47,301 nt of DNA, from the IMG/VR virus record IMGVR_UViG_3300028840_007436, positions 1 to 47,301 of that record; one strand, written 5' to 3'. The DNA comes from a virus (Duplodnaviria; Caudoviricetes). Positions 1 through 9,220 of the stretch are shown here, piece after piece. The notes under the pieces are model-generated. The model was not told the origin of the DNA. It was given only the letters and a program-made list of their open reading frames with translations, and ran no database searches. Made by a program: the position numbers and the translations under genes. Position 1 is the first letter of the stretch. The number at the start of each line of letters is the position of its first letter.

Positions 1-855
1 ATTGAAGATGATGGAGGTAATGAGTGTTATGTAGAAATTGAAAAATTTGATGAAGTTGCAAATGAAGTGTGGCTATGGGTAAGGGTGCCAACAGTGTATT
101 TTGGTCAGACAACTGTTTTAACTCTGTACTATGATGTAGACGTAGTAGACAACACTTCCTATATTGGAGATACAGGTCAGGTTGCTGCTGTTAATGTTTG
201 GGATGCTAACTACCTTGCTGTATATCACCTAAATGAAAGTCCTGAAGGAGGAGCAACTGGAGCGATACGTGATTCTACAGTTGCAAACAATGCGACTCCT
301 TACGGCACTATGTTAGAGGAAGATCTTGTTAACGGAAAAATTTATCAAGGGCTGGCTTTTGATGGGTCAGATGATTACTTAAACTGTGGAGGATCAATAA
401 TTCCTAATGCAATTACGCTTGAAGCTTGGTGTTATGCGCCTAGTACAAGCGAACAATATTTAATATCTAATCCATCTGATGTTACTCATAATTATTACGA
501 TTATTGCCTCAGAAATGATCAATTTTTATTTTATACAACTTCTGGCTCATATTCCATTGGCTCCAGAACACCAACACCTGTAACTTGGGAATATATTGCT
601 GGTACTCATGAAAGCGGATCGAATAAATTTTTTGTTAACGGGGTTCTTAATGATAGCGGTACAGCATCTGGTAATTTAGACTATATCTTATTGGGAGAAC
701 TGGGAGATACCTATGTTGCAACCTGGAAGCCAGCAAATAATAATTCTGCAATTATTACAGATGAAGTTCGTATATCTAATATAGTTCGATCAGAGGCTTG
801 GATTAAGGCAACATATTATACGTCAATTGATGACTTAATTACATATTCAGAGTAA
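1..855 (+). CDS. Tail-associated DUF2341/LamG (concanavalin-like) domain protein, 5'-truncated
   Basis: LWVRVP..TVLTLYY, VWDANYLAVYHLNE, FDGSDDY, ITLEAW, DEVRISNIVRSEAWIKA motifs; the frame appears open back to the window start. Confidence 0.7.
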   Translation: MEDDGGNECYVEIEKFDEVANEVWLWVRVPTVYFGQTTVLTLYYDVDVVDNTSYIGDTGQVAAVNVWDANYLAVYHLNESPEGGATGAIRDSTVANNATPYGTMLEEDLVNGKIYQGLAFDGSDDYLNCGGSIIPNAITLEAWCYAPSTSEQYLISNPSDVTHNYYDYCLRNDQFLFYTTSGSYSIGSRTPTPVTWEYIAGTHESGSNKFFVNGVLNDSGTASGNLDYILLGELGDTYVATWKPANNNSAIITDEVRISNIVRSEAWIKATYYTSIDDLITYSE

Positions 856-858
856 AAA

Positions 859-1086
859 ATGAGTTTAATTAATTTATACGCAAAATTTTCAAAATTAACA
901 ACAACTGATTTCAGGGTTGGTACAGTTGTTAGCGTAGGAACAGAAACATCCTTATTAACAGATCCTAATGGTTATAGTTTCACTGCCATTGGGACAAGCG
1001 TTTCTGCTGGAAACAACGCATATGTAAGGGATGGAATTATTCAAGGACAGGCTCCATCTTTACCTATTAGCGAAACGTTAGTTTAG
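859..1086 (+). CDS. Small hypothetical tail-region protein
   Basis: 75 aa ORF tightly coupled to its neighbours. Confidence 0.55.
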   Translation: MSLINLYAKFSKLTTTDFRVGTVVSVGTETSLLTDPNGYSFTAIGTSVSAGNNAYVRDGIIQGQAPSLPISETLV

Positions 1087-1095
1087 GAGTGCGAT

Positions 1096-1515
1096 ATGGG
1101 CATAGCAACGTTAGAAGACACAAGTATTCCCTTAACTGTTACTCTTGGTGAAGATTGTGTCTGGAAGGATCAATGGGATTGGACTCCAGTTCCTCAAAAA
1201 GTCAGATTAACAATAGACGGAACTGCTGTTGTAGAAACCATTGCACCAAACTCAGCCACACAGCCAATTACTCTACACTGTAGTTGGCTAAATAAAGCAA
1301 CTGTTGATGATCTAATCCAGTTACGAGATAGGGCAGATCAAACAGTTATGACACTAACTCTATGTGATGGGACAACCAAAAGCGTATTGTTTTCTCATCA
1401 TAAGGGAATTCCAATTAAGGTTAGGCCAACTCTGGAAAGACCCGATTATGTGAATATTCCTGATCCAGATTGGTATGATGTTACTCTTAATTTGTTTGAT
1501 GCCTATGGTATGTAA
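1096..1515 (+). CDS. Hypothetical tail-region protein
   Basis: AGGAG RBS; 139 aa; W.DQWDW.PV.Q....IDG pattern resembles phage tail-associated proteins. Confidence 0.55.
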   Translation: MGIATLEDTSIPLTVTLGEDCVWKDQWDWTPVPQKVRLTIDGTAVVETIAPNSATQPITLHCSWLNKATVDDLIQLRDRADQTVMTLTLCDGTTKSVLFSHHKGIPIKVRPTLERPDYVNIPDPDWYDVTLNLFDAYGM

Positions 1516-1547
1516 ACAGGTTATGGAAAATTTTCCATAACCTGTTT
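1514..1547. repeat. Dispersed palindrome copy 1 (core GTTATGGAAAATTTTCCATAAC, 1520-1541)
   Basis: Perfect 34-bp palindrome AAACAGGTTATGGAAAATTTTCCATAACCTGTTT. Confidence 0.95.
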
Positions 1548-1589
1548 TGAGTTTGAATTGGGGAAGGCTCCTCCCTATTTTCAAAATAG

Positions 1590-1621
1590 AACGCCTCTGT
1601 TTTTTTAGGGGCGTTTTTTTT
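1590..1621 (+). terminator. Probable intrinsic terminator
   Basis: AACGCCTC...GGGGCGTT stem followed by a T-run. Confidence 0.5.
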
Positions 1622-1701
1622 ACATAAAGGGAACATACTATGGGACATCCAAAAAAAATTAACAGCATTAAAAAAATGATATTTCTTTTATAAATTTTTC
1701 T

Positions 1702-1920
1702 TTAATGAGAATAGTTATTATTATCCCAATCAGAATTTAAAATTGTTTGGAAAGTGTCATCTAATAATTCATCTGTTATGAGTTCTGAAAAATTCATTAT
1801 GATATTTTTAATATTAGACAATAATTCTTTATCAGATAATTGTGTAAAATCTGGCCCCTCTTTTTCTTTTATTTTAGTCGCAATAATTTTTGCTTGGTTT
1901 AAATTTATTTTCATCTTCAA
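1702..1920 (-). CDS. Hypothetical protein
   Basis: 72 aa ORF; start uncertain. Confidence 0.35.
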   Translation of the reverse strand: MKMKINLNQAKIIATKIKEKEGPDFTQLSDKELLSNIKNIIMNFSELITDELLDDTFQTILNSDWDNNNYSH

Positions 1921-2060
1921 TAACGTATAAAATGGTTTATTTAGTTTTTTTGTTAATAAAAAGTGAATTTTTAATTTGTAATTATGTAAAAAAAAATATG
2001 TTTAAGGTCAATCTTTTTATGGTGTCAAAATTTTGTCAATTCGTTCTATAAAGATACTTT

Positions 2061-2304
2061 TTGTTGACCATTTTGCAGACCATTTCTTGTAAAGCCTTGT
2101 CATATGGAGGTTACTCATCTTATTCGTAATCAGCAGGCCAGCGGTTCAAATCCGCTCGTCGGCTCTTCTTTAAAATCAATGATTTATATATAAATTAGGC
2201 TGCTTATAAAGCGGCCTTTTTTATTTCATACCTTAGCAAACTTAGACAAACTTAAGCAAATTGGAGGGTAAATTGCAGACCATTGCAGACCATTTTGCAG
2301 ACCA
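2061..2304. mobile_element. attP: core is the 3' half of tRNA-Thr(CGT) (about 2122-2164), with integrase arm-type repeats TTGCAGACCA
   Basis: TTCGTAA-TCAGC-AGGCC-AGCGG-TTCAAAT-CCGCT-CGTCGGC-T gives anticodon loop, T arm and 3' acceptor strand, but there is no 5' half; arm repeats at 2061 (variant), 2073, 2273, 2283, 2295; IHF-like AATCAATGATTTA at 2174-2186; adjacent to the integrase. Confidence 0.85.
2197..2222 (+). terminator. Terminator downstream of the att core
   Basis: AGGCTGCTT-ATA-AAGCGGCCT followed by a T-run. Confidence 0.6.
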
Positions 2305-2309
2305 TTTTT

Positions 2310-3287
2310 TTAATCAAAATTTAGTTTTTTGATCTCGTCCTTTAAGGTTTTTTCCAAGACATGAGTGTAAATTTGGGTGGTGGTTATCGAGGCATGTCCT
2401 AAAATGGATTGAACTATTCTTATGTCAATTCCGTTTTCAAGCATTTGGGTGGCTGCTGAATGTCTTAAATCATGAAAATTAGTATTTTCAATGTTACACA
2501 TTCTGGCAATTTTTTTATAATAGTGACTAACAGTGTCTTTATGCCATTGCCTAAAAATAGGCCCAAAGTTTTGTTTTTTCCCCATTGCTTCCAGAGCTTG
2601 AGGAATTAAAGGAATTAAGCGTTCTTTATGGCCTTTCCCTGTAACTTTAATAATATCATTAGATACATTCTGCCATTTAGCGTTTAATATTTCAGAGCGT
2701 CTGGTGCCAGTATATAGTGAGAATAATATTATACGATGCATTTCTGGCTTTGTTTTTTTTGCACAACTGATTATTAGTCTTCTTTCTTGGGGAGATAAAA
2801 CACGTTCTAAGGCTTTGCCAATTTTAAATAATTCAATTTTTATTTTCTTTTCAATATAATTTTCTTCATAGGCCCAGTTAAATGCTGCCCTGATATGACG
2901 TAGATAAACATTAATTCCAATATGACTAACGCCTCTATTTAGACAATTAATTTTAAAATCATTAATATGGTTTTTATTGATAATTTTTATCGATACATTA
3001 CCAATTGTATCTTGCAGCAAACGTAGTCCAAGCTCATCAGCTCTACGAGTATCATCTGAAAGATTTGCAGCAATTGATCTTTCTTCCATATATAATTTTT
3101 TGAAGTCATATAAATTGAGGCGTTTTTTCTTATCGAGAACTTTTATTTTTTGAGTATAATATTCACGTTTAAAGGCTTCAAAACGTTCTTTGGCAACATC
3201 TAAATTTTTAGTTTTTAAAGAGCGCACTTTGTTTCTTTTGATTTCAATGTAGTAAATCCCATCTCGTTTTTTTTTGAATATTCTCAT
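2310..3287 (-). CDS. int: Tyrosine integrase
   Basis: [38 protein letters not shown] (R-K-H-R-H-Y catalytic set); next to attP. Confidence 0.95.
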   Translation of the reverse strand: MRIFKKKRDGIYYIEIKRNKVRSLKTKNLDVAKERFEAFKREYYTQKIKVLDKKKRLNLYDFKKLYMEERSIAANLSDDTRRADELGLRLLQDTIGNVSIKIINKNHINDFKINCLNRGVSHIGINVYLRHIRAAFNWAYEENYIEKKIKIELFKIGKALERVLSPQERRLIISCAKKTKPEMHRIILFSLYTGTRRSEILNAKWQNVSNDIIKVTGKGHKERLIPLIPQALEAMGKKQNFGPIFRQWHKDTVSHYYKKIARMCNIENTNFHDLRHSAATQMLENGIDIRIVQSILGHASITTTQIYTHVLEKTLKDEIKKLNFD

Positions 3288-3538
3288 AATGAGTTCAAAA
3301 TATCTTTTGCAATTTGTGTGTTTTTGGCATCTATGTTAATTTGAGCCAATCTGTATTCATCAATTGACAACCTATCAAAGACCCATGCATTGGTTTTAAT
3401 GTCTTGATCCTTAAATGCTCTAATTTTCTTTTTTAGTGCTAATTCTTTTAAGCGTTTTACTCCAATTGAGGAATAAATGGAAGCTTCTTTTATTTTTAGC
3501 CACCTAGGGAATTGATTAATAACAATAGTTGATTGCAT
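3284..3538 (-). CDS. Excisionase-like HTH protein
   Basis: [28 protein letters not shown] winged-HTH pattern; overlaps the integrase start. Confidence 0.7.
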   Translation of the reverse strand: MQSTIVINQFPRWLKIKEASIYSSIGVKRLKELALKKKIRAFKDQDIKTNAWVFDRLSIDEYRLAQINIDAKNTQIAKDILNSL

Positions 3539-3539
3539 T

Positions 3540-3743
3540 TTATTTTCTAACTCCCTCCATCAGTTTAAATCTACCTTCTTTTGTGAGTGGGCAATTGACC
3601 ATATTGCCTTTACACCAGTCAGCATCTTTACGTTCGCCACTCATGTGGCAGAATTTATCTGGAAAAGATTTTGGTGTAGGATCTTGTGAAAATTCTTCAT
3701 AAAAAGGACACTGCATTATCTTTCTCCCATTTTTGACTGGCAA
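3540..3743 (-). CDS. Small Cys-rich hypothetical protein
   Basis: CPFY..C..C...CPL; probable start at MQCPF. Confidence 0.5.
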   Translation of the reverse strand: MPVKNGRKIMQCPFYEEFSQDPTPKSFPDKFCHMSGERKDADWCKGNMVNCPLTKEGRFKLMEGVRK

Positions 3744-4125
3744 TTTCTCCAGATTTTAAACATAGTGGCTTAGCATCTCTATTTCTTTCAAAATAATTAA
3801 AAATATCATTTAAGGTATTTATAATTTTTTGGTTGTGCGAAAAGCTGCTTTCCTCTATCATAGCAAGTAGAAAAGATACGACTGAAACAGTATGCCTTTG
3901 CTTTCCCTCCCACCCTGACGCTTTCCCAAAAAGTTTTATTCTATCGCTTATTTTATTTAGTTCATTGTAGGTTGGTTCTGGTAGCTTTGCTAATTCAGAA
4001 TCAACAAGCTTTAATAATTTTTCACACCTATTTTTAAGCCTTCCTGGGTTTAAACTTCCAACTATAAAATCAGGTAATGCCCTAATCATTGCCAATTCTG
4101 AATATTTTTCTATTTTATTTTTCAT
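3697..4125 (-). CDS. Hypothetical protein
   Basis: 142 aa ORF within the operon. Confidence 0.6.
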   Translation of the reverse strand: MKNKIEKYSELAMIRALPDFIVGSLNPGRLKNRCEKLLKLVDSELAKLPEPTYNELNKISDRIKLFGKASGWEGKQRHTVSVVSFLLAMIEESSFSHNQKIINTLNDIFNYFERNRDAKPLCLKSGEIASQKWEKDNAVSFL

Positions 4126-4127
4126 AT

Positions 4128-4547
4128 CTATTTATCTTTCCAGATTTTTAAACCTTTTTCAGCTCCTCTTGACACAATATATCCAGAAACACCAATTTTT
4201 AGAAGATTCCACATACTGGGAGGGATTTCTATCATAATGTGAATATCAAAAAGTGCAGAAAAATAAGGGTTTAAAATATAATTATTAAAAATAATTAAAC
4301 CAAATAAAGCCATTAAACCTGGCCTCCAGTTTTTTTGAAGCCAGCTTTCTCCTTTAATCTCTGAAATTATAATCTCTTTTTGTGATCTAATAAGCGCTTC
4401 AAATTCTTTTGCGTCTATTTTAGCTATTGCAATAGATAAAGCATTTTTGAGTTCACTCTTTTTATCCTTATCCTCAACTAATTCATCAATAACATCTAAG
4501 GTTTTTTCTATAATCTTTTCAATAACTGGAGTTGACTTTCCCCACAT
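4128..4547 (-). CDS. 3TM-type holin
   Basis: GESWLQKNWRP, hydrophobic segments, GYIVSRGAEK, typical of the 'holin of 3TMs' family. Confidence 0.75.
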   Translation of the reverse strand: MWGKSTPVIEKIIEKTLDVIDELVEDKDKKSELKNALSIAIAKIDAKEFEALIRSQKEIIISEIKGESWLQKNWRPGLMALFGLIIFNNYILNPYFSALFDIHIMIEIPPSMWNLLKIGVSGYIVSRGAEKGLKIWKDK

Positions 4548-4559
4548 AAGTCCTCACTT

Positions 4560-4595
4560 AAAATAGGTTATGGAAAATTTTCCATAACCTATTTT
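4560..4595. repeat. Dispersed palindrome copy 2 (core 4567-4588)
   Basis: AAAATAGGTTATGGAAAATTTTCCATAACCTATTTT. Confidence 0.95.
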
Positions 4596-4597
4596 GT

Positions 4598-4786
4598 TTA
4601 ATCTTCTTTCGGTTCGTAGCAAACAGCATTTGCGATATCCAATTGCTGTAAAGTTACTTCGACTGTAGAATAGATCAAATCGTTTAATTCAGACCAAGTA
4701 ATTTTTTTATCTGCCATTGCTTTCTCAATCTCCATCATTACTGGCATAGCAATCATCATGACTTTATTAATTTGACTAAAATTCAT
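4598..4786 (-). CDS. Hypothetical protein (probable start MNFSQ)
   Basis: AAGGAG RBS upstream of the ATG at 4786. Confidence 0.6.
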   Translation of the reverse strand: MNFSQINKVMMIAMPVMMEIEKAMADKKITWSELNDLIYSTVEVTLQQLDIANAVCYEPKED

Positions 4787-4814
4787 TTTTTTCTCCTTTA
4801 AATTAATTAATTGG

Positions 4815-4988
4815 TTACTTATCGTTTTCAACAACTTTTACGGACTTCTGGAACGCTTTAATTTGGTTTTCAAGCTCTTCAATTCGTGTTAGCAATCTTC
4901 TGATAATGCGGCCATCTTGTTTAGAGACACCTCCTAACTTCTGGAACAAAATCTTACCTAATGTTTTTAATCTTTCTGTTTCTATCAT
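4815..4988 (-). CDS. 57 aa hypothetical protein (absent from the ORF track)
   Basis: GGAG RBS; MIETERLKTLGKILFQKLGG...VVENDK*. Confidence 0.6.
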   Translation of the reverse strand: MIETERLKTLGKILFQKLGGVSKQDGRIIRRLLTRIEELENQIKAFQKSVKVVENDK

Positions 4989-5348
4989 TGTGCAATCTCC
5001 TTTTTTTCATTTTTTCAAAAAAAGAGATGAGTTTTTAAAAGCAACCTCCATTACGAATGAACAATAAAACTTTCCTTGAACCACTGAACTAATTTTTCTA
5101 AAAAATTATATTTTTTAGTGCAATGAAATTTTATCCTTTTAATTCAACCATGTATTGAAATTTAAACTCATCTCTTTTTTTGAAGCTATTTATAATAATT
5201 AGGAGCAGGAGGGGGAGTGCTCCTTGCATACACAAATAGCTTCAAAAAAATTATTTATTTTGATCCCTAATGTATGTATCCCAAATAATAATGAAAACAA
5301 TTATTACTGTAATTCCGATTATTGATAGACTTAATTCGATTATGTTTA

Positions 5349-5555
5349 CTACAAGTACCTTTCTTTAAATTCATAGAGCGCTTCTGAAATTTTATTTTTT
5401 ATTCTTGATTCAGCGATTTGAAACTCAGCGTCTGAAATAACAGGTTCAACTTTTAAAACGCCTTTAATCATATTCAGAGTTTCTAATATTTTATTCGATT
5501 CTTTTTCGTTTATCTTATTCTCAAGAATAATTATATATCCTTCATGTTCGGGCAT
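5349..5555 (-). CDS. Hypothetical protein
   Basis: 68 aa; translationally coupled; I..IKGVLKVEPV pattern. Confidence 0.6.
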   Translation of the reverse strand: MPEHEGYIIILENKINEKESNKILETLNMIKGVLKVEPVISDAEFQIAESRIKNKISEALYEFKERYL

Positions 5556-6019
5556 TATTTTCTGTTCCTTTTTCTTTTTTCTTTCTCTGTTGTTCTTGTT
5601 GTTTCCATATTGCGTACAGCACGTACTAAATATTTATTAGTCTTATTACTAAAAAAAACCGATCCTCTGTAAAAATCAAACCTCCAAGCAGAATCCTTAT
5701 CATAGGAATATTCTGTTGCAGACCAATATGTAGAATTTATACTGCAATCATGCAGTTGATTAATCTCCAAATAGTCAAAATAACAAACCATTTCTTTAAT
5801 GGTCGGTAGCCGCCAGTCATTATAAGATAAGATTTTTAAATCATTGCAAAAGTTTATTGCTTCAGACCAGCTTAGAACTGGTTTAAAAGTTTCAGACCAC
5901 ATTATATTGTTTTCTTCATCTATATAGGGGTTACCCAGTTTACTGTTGAGATAACCGTCGATAAAATTATTTAATTCTTTATTAAAGCATTCATCTCTTA
6001 TTAAATCTAGATGTTTCAT
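5555..6019 (-). CDS. DUF1566 (Lcl C-terminal, C-type-lectin-like) domain protein
   Basis: WSEAINFC, DWRLPTIKEM, YWSATEY, AWRFDFYRG, VRAVR. Confidence 0.85.
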   Translation of the reverse strand: MKHLDLIRDECFNKELNNFIDGYLNSKLGNPYIDEENNIMWSETFKPVLSWSEAINFCNDLKILSYNDWRLPTIKEMVCYFDYLEINQLHDCSINSTYWSATEYSYDKDSAWRFDFYRGSVFFSNKTNKYLVRAVRNMETTRTTEKEKRKRNRK

Positions 6020-6050
6020 AGCATCTCCGTATAGTAATTAAGTGATTAGT

Positions 6051-6701
6051 TTAAATATTATCAAAGATAATCGGTATTTCCTGCTTAAATGCTACCAGAA
6101 TATCTTTAAAAAGTGCCCTGATTTGGGGATGGGCCTTTATGGAAGCTCTCATATTAAACATATGCCTCCATTCTCTGACATTTGCAGTAACAACTATCTC
6201 TGTTTTCAAATCAATTGGCAGAACACCTCTCGCTTGTTCAGGACGCCAACCTAAATCAATAAGGTGCATATAATTTTTCTCACATTCCTGCATATGATTA
6301 ATCCATATAACAATGTCTGATTGCATTTTGGCTGCTTCTTTTAACAGCTCCTTTTTTTCGATCCAGACGGGCCGAATAAAATGTATATCATTGTGTTTTA
6401 TGAAACGTGTGCTTTCCTGAGAATAAGAAGCTAATCGATGCCTAACTAATTCATGAGTAACACCTCTATTGGTAATCAAACGAATAGACGCTATTACATG
6501 CTCAAGTACTGAGTGATGGCCATTATTAACAATCATTTGAACAAATTTCCTTGCAGAGTCTTCAGTAATCTTGTCTTCTGACTTATAGCAAGTGCGCCCT
6601 GCCTTTTCTATTGTCTTCAAGACATTTTCTGGTTTTTGCTCCCATTCCCAATATTGATCTATTATTTTCATATTATTTATTCCTCTCGTAAGAGTAAGCA
6701 T
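6051..6701 (-). CDS. thyX: FAD-dependent thymidylate synthase
   Basis: HHSVLEH, RGVTHELVRHRLASYSQESTR, ARGVLP, AHPQIR; probable start at MKIIDQ. Confidence 0.95.
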   Translation of the reverse strand: MLTLTRGINNMKIIDQYWEWEQKPENVLKTIEKAGRTCYKSEDKITEDSARKFVQMIVNNGHHSVLEHVIASIRLITNRGVTHELVRHRLASYSQESTRFIKHNDIHFIRPVWIEKKELLKEAAKMQSDIVIWINHMQECEKNYMHLIDLGWRPEQARGVLPIDLKTEIVVTANVREWRHMFNMRASIKAHPQIRALFKDILVAFKQEIPIIFDNI

Positions 6702-6904
6702 TCTTTATGCGGTATAATATAACCGTCTTCACTGGTTTCTAAACAGTCCTCCCCTGTACCAAAGCTCTTTCCGAACAGGCGACACTGATATGCTGTTCCA
6801 AAACGTGTTGATAATAGTTGAGGGCAAAATTCACTTGTTTTGAAATTTCTGGCACAAGTTACAGGTTTCTGTCCGTCTTCAAAGATTTCAATTGCAATTT
6901 TCAC
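6677..6904 (-). CDS. Cys-rich hypothetical protein
   Basis: 75 aa; coupled to its neighbours. Confidence 0.55.
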   Translation of the reverse strand: MKIAIEIFEDGQKPVTCARNFKTSEFCPQLLSTRFGTAYQCRLFGKSFGTGEDCLETSEDGYIIPHKECLLLREE

Positions 6905-7437
6905 AACTTTTCTCCGTTAGTTGCCAAGCAATCTCCGTTTATGCAGGCTCCCAAAGAGGGCAAGGCGGTATTAGGTCCAAAAGGGCAGTCAATGCATTTT
7001 GATTTTTCAACTTGCTCCAAGACTGCCATATCTTTCTTCTCGAATGTACGCTTAAAGCCATCTGGAATTGAAAAAGTTCGGTCATCAAATTCTGGTCGAT
7101 TGATTTCATACTCCATCAAGGCAAAACAGTTCCACACTGCATGAGCTAAATGATGCAGACCGTCTTTAGGATCTGACCGCTCACCTGCCCAAAAAGAATT
7201 TAAGTGTCTTTGCAGCGCTGCATAAATTCTAGAATAGCTTATGCCTTTTTCCCATGAGTGTTCTGGATACTCTATTCCAGCCCCTATATTGTACACCTTG
7301 GCAAGTTCCCATAGAGGATAAGGCGGTATTAGATCAAATCTGGCTTTATTGTCATCATATTTAGGAGCTTGTTCTAAATCTGATTTTTCTTTATTCACAA
7401 GTTCTATCTCCTTTAAGGTTTTGGCTATTGTTATCAT
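6901..7437 (-). CDS. dATP/dGTP diphosphohydrolase domain protein (DUF5664-like)
   Basis: KYDDNKARFDLIPP, SWEKG, YAALQRHL, DPKDGLHHLAHAVWN; probable GTG start at 7398 after AAGGAG. Confidence 0.8.
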   Translation of the reverse strand: MITIAKTLKEIELVNKEKSDLEQAPKYDDNKARFDLIPPYPLWELAKVYNIGAGIEYPEHSWEKGISYSRIYAALQRHLNSFWAGERSDPKDGLHHLAHAVWNCFALMEYEINRPEFDDRTFSIPDGFKRTFEKKDMAVLEQVEKSKCIDCPFGPNTALPSLGACINGDCLATNGEKL

Positions 7438-7451
7438 TCAATAGCATTTTA

Positions 7452-7486
7452 TCTATTATTTGATAGAATCAGAATTTATTTGGCAA
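7452..7486 (-). promoter_or_regulatory. Phage-specific promoter-like motif TTGCCAAAnAAAT-N12-AAAnAATAkA
   Basis: One of six fixed-spacing copies. Confidence 0.6.
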
Positions 7487-7531
7487 AAAAATTTAAAAAA
7501 ATTAATTATTTCTATTATTCAATAAAATTAA

Positions 7532-7711
7532 TTATTTATACAAACCATTGCCTAATCTTCCTGTTTCTTTTAGTTTTTTCAACTCTGCTCTTAGTTCTAA
7601 ATCTAAAATTTTTCGTTTTTTGTGGTATTCCAATTCTAAGGCTTTTAGCCTCTCTGAATATTGCTCAACTATGATTAATTCTTTTTCTAATAATGCCAAT
7701 TTATTCTCCAT
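7532..7711 (-). CDS. 59 aa coiled-coil hypothetical protein (absent from the ORF track)
   Basis: MENKLALLEKELIIVEQ...GLYK*; co-oriented with the operon. Confidence 0.55.
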   Translation of the reverse strand: MENKLALLEKELIIVEQYSERLKALELEYHKKRKILDLELRAELKKLKETGRLGNGLYK

Positions 7712-7792
7712 TTTTTTATTACCTTTTCAACTAAGTAAGTAATTAATTCAGACAAATTCAGACAAAAAAGGTAATATCAAAATTAACAAAAA

Positions 7793-7818
7793 AAGATATG
7801 GAAAATTTTCCATATCTT
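7793..7818. repeat. Dispersed palindrome copy 3, with a compensatory variant
   Basis: AAGATATGGAAAATTTTCCATATCTT. Confidence 0.9.
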
Positions 7819-9220
7819 AATTTAAGAGTTTAAATTCAGGTTCACTCTTAACATATGCTAAGCGCTGACGAGAATGCTTTAGTAGCATTGAGTGTTGATA
7901 ATCCATGAAATCAATAATAATAGAATAATTGTTTTCTTTTTTTCGCATAGTTCTACCACATCTTTGAAAAAATGCTGGAGCAGAAAGACCTCCGCCTCCC
8001 AATATTGCAGAGTCAATTGATGGTATGTCAATTCCTTCATCGAATATATTAGTTGCTATCAATGTGCTAAGCGTACCATTATCTAAGCCGTTTAATGCTC
8101 TTTTCCTTTCAGAAATGGAATTTTTCCCATTAATAAAATCGATAACAATTCGGTCTGAATGTATTTTAGGAATTAAGTTTCTTAAGATTCTGCCATGCTC
8201 AATGCTTTGTATAACGACAAGAGGCTTTTTTCCCATTTTTATTAATTTTGAAGCTTGCTCTGCAATTAAGTTATTTCTAATTTCGTTTTTTACGATTCCT
8301 TGCTGGTAAACCTCTTGCCAGGAGGAACAGTTCTTTTTAATTTTCTCAGTAATGGGCAGGAAAGCAAAATGAGGTCTAGCAATAATTCCCTCTTGAATTA
8401 ATTGTGATGGAGTTATTTCTGTTATCAATCCGCCTATCTCTCCCTTAAGGATAAGGTTGTCTCTGTTATGTTTTTGCATAAAAGGGGTAGCGGTAAGGCC
8501 TACTCGATAAAAGGCGTTCTCGCACTTCTCAGAGATCTTAAAGAAAGATTTTGCAGATATTCTGTGTGCTTCATCTACAATCAAGAGTTTATATTGATTA
8601 AGGAATTTTGCATCTTTTAGCATCTTGTATATTGTCTGTACTGTGCCGATAGTTAAAAAATTGTCACTATATTCTCCATTCCCAATTATTCCCATTATTT
8701 TTTTTACCCCTGGGATATGCCTCTCAAACCGTTCAGCCGTCTGATACAAGAGATTTTTTCGATGAGTTAAGAATAGTGTTGGTACACCAAGTGCTTGAAA
8801 TATTGATATAGCTACAACAGTTTTTCCTGATCCAGTTGGGCTTTGAATAACTCCTCGTTTATGTTTTAAAAAATTAGTAACTATCTGTTTTTGAAAATCG
8901 TATAGCTTAATGCCTTCCAGATCAAACGGGTTTTCAGCAGGATTCCCTGTTGGCTCTATTCGCTTATCAACTATTTGAAAAGGGATTTCGCTTGTAGTTA
9001 GATATTTTTTGACGATATCAAGCAATCCAGTCAGAAACTGGTTATGTCTCCGATTATACATAGATGCTTTTGCGTCCCAGGCATAATTGCCATATCTACG
9101 CTTAATGATATGAGCATTAGGGATTTCATAACTTAATACGTCATAGATTTCTTTATGTATCCAGTCTTGATCTGATTCTACTTTACAAAAACTATTGTTG
9201 ATATAGATAGTTGCTGACAT
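7817..9220 (-). CDS. SF2 DEAD/DEAH helicase (UvsW-like)
   Basis: SPTGSGKT, DEAH, GLTATP, EGIDIP, QRCGR. Confidence 0.9.
   Translation of the reverse strand: MSATIYINNSFCKVESDQDWIHKEIYDVLSYEIPNAHIIKRRYGNYAWDAKASMYNRRHNQFLTGLLDIVKKYLTTSEIPFQIVDKRIEPTGNPAENPFDLEGIKLYDFQKQIVTNFLKHKRGVIQSPTGSGKTVVAISIFQALGVPTLFLTHRKNLLYQTAERFERHIPGVKKIMGIIGNGEYSDNFLTIGTVQTIYKMLKDAKFLNQYKLLIVDEAHRISAKSFFKISEKCENAFYRVGLTATPFMQKHNRDNLILKGEIGGLITEITPSQLIQEGIIARPHFAFLPITEKIKKNCSSWQEVYQQGIVKNEIRNNLIAEQASKLIKMGKKPLVVIQSIEHGRILRNLIPKIHSDRIVIDFINGKNSISERKRALNGLDNGTLSTLIATNIFDEGIDIPSIDSAILGGGGLSAPAFFQRCGRTMRKKENNYSIIIDFMDYQHSMLLKHSRQRLAYVKSEPEFKLLN

Noticed and set aside
2100-2170. Complete tRNA-Thr gene
   Set aside because: The 5' acceptor strand and D arm are missing; only the att core is present
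5555-6019. Diversity-generating retroelement target (DUF1566)
   Set aside because: No reverse transcriptase or template repeat is visible in this window; one elsewhere in the genome cannot be excluded
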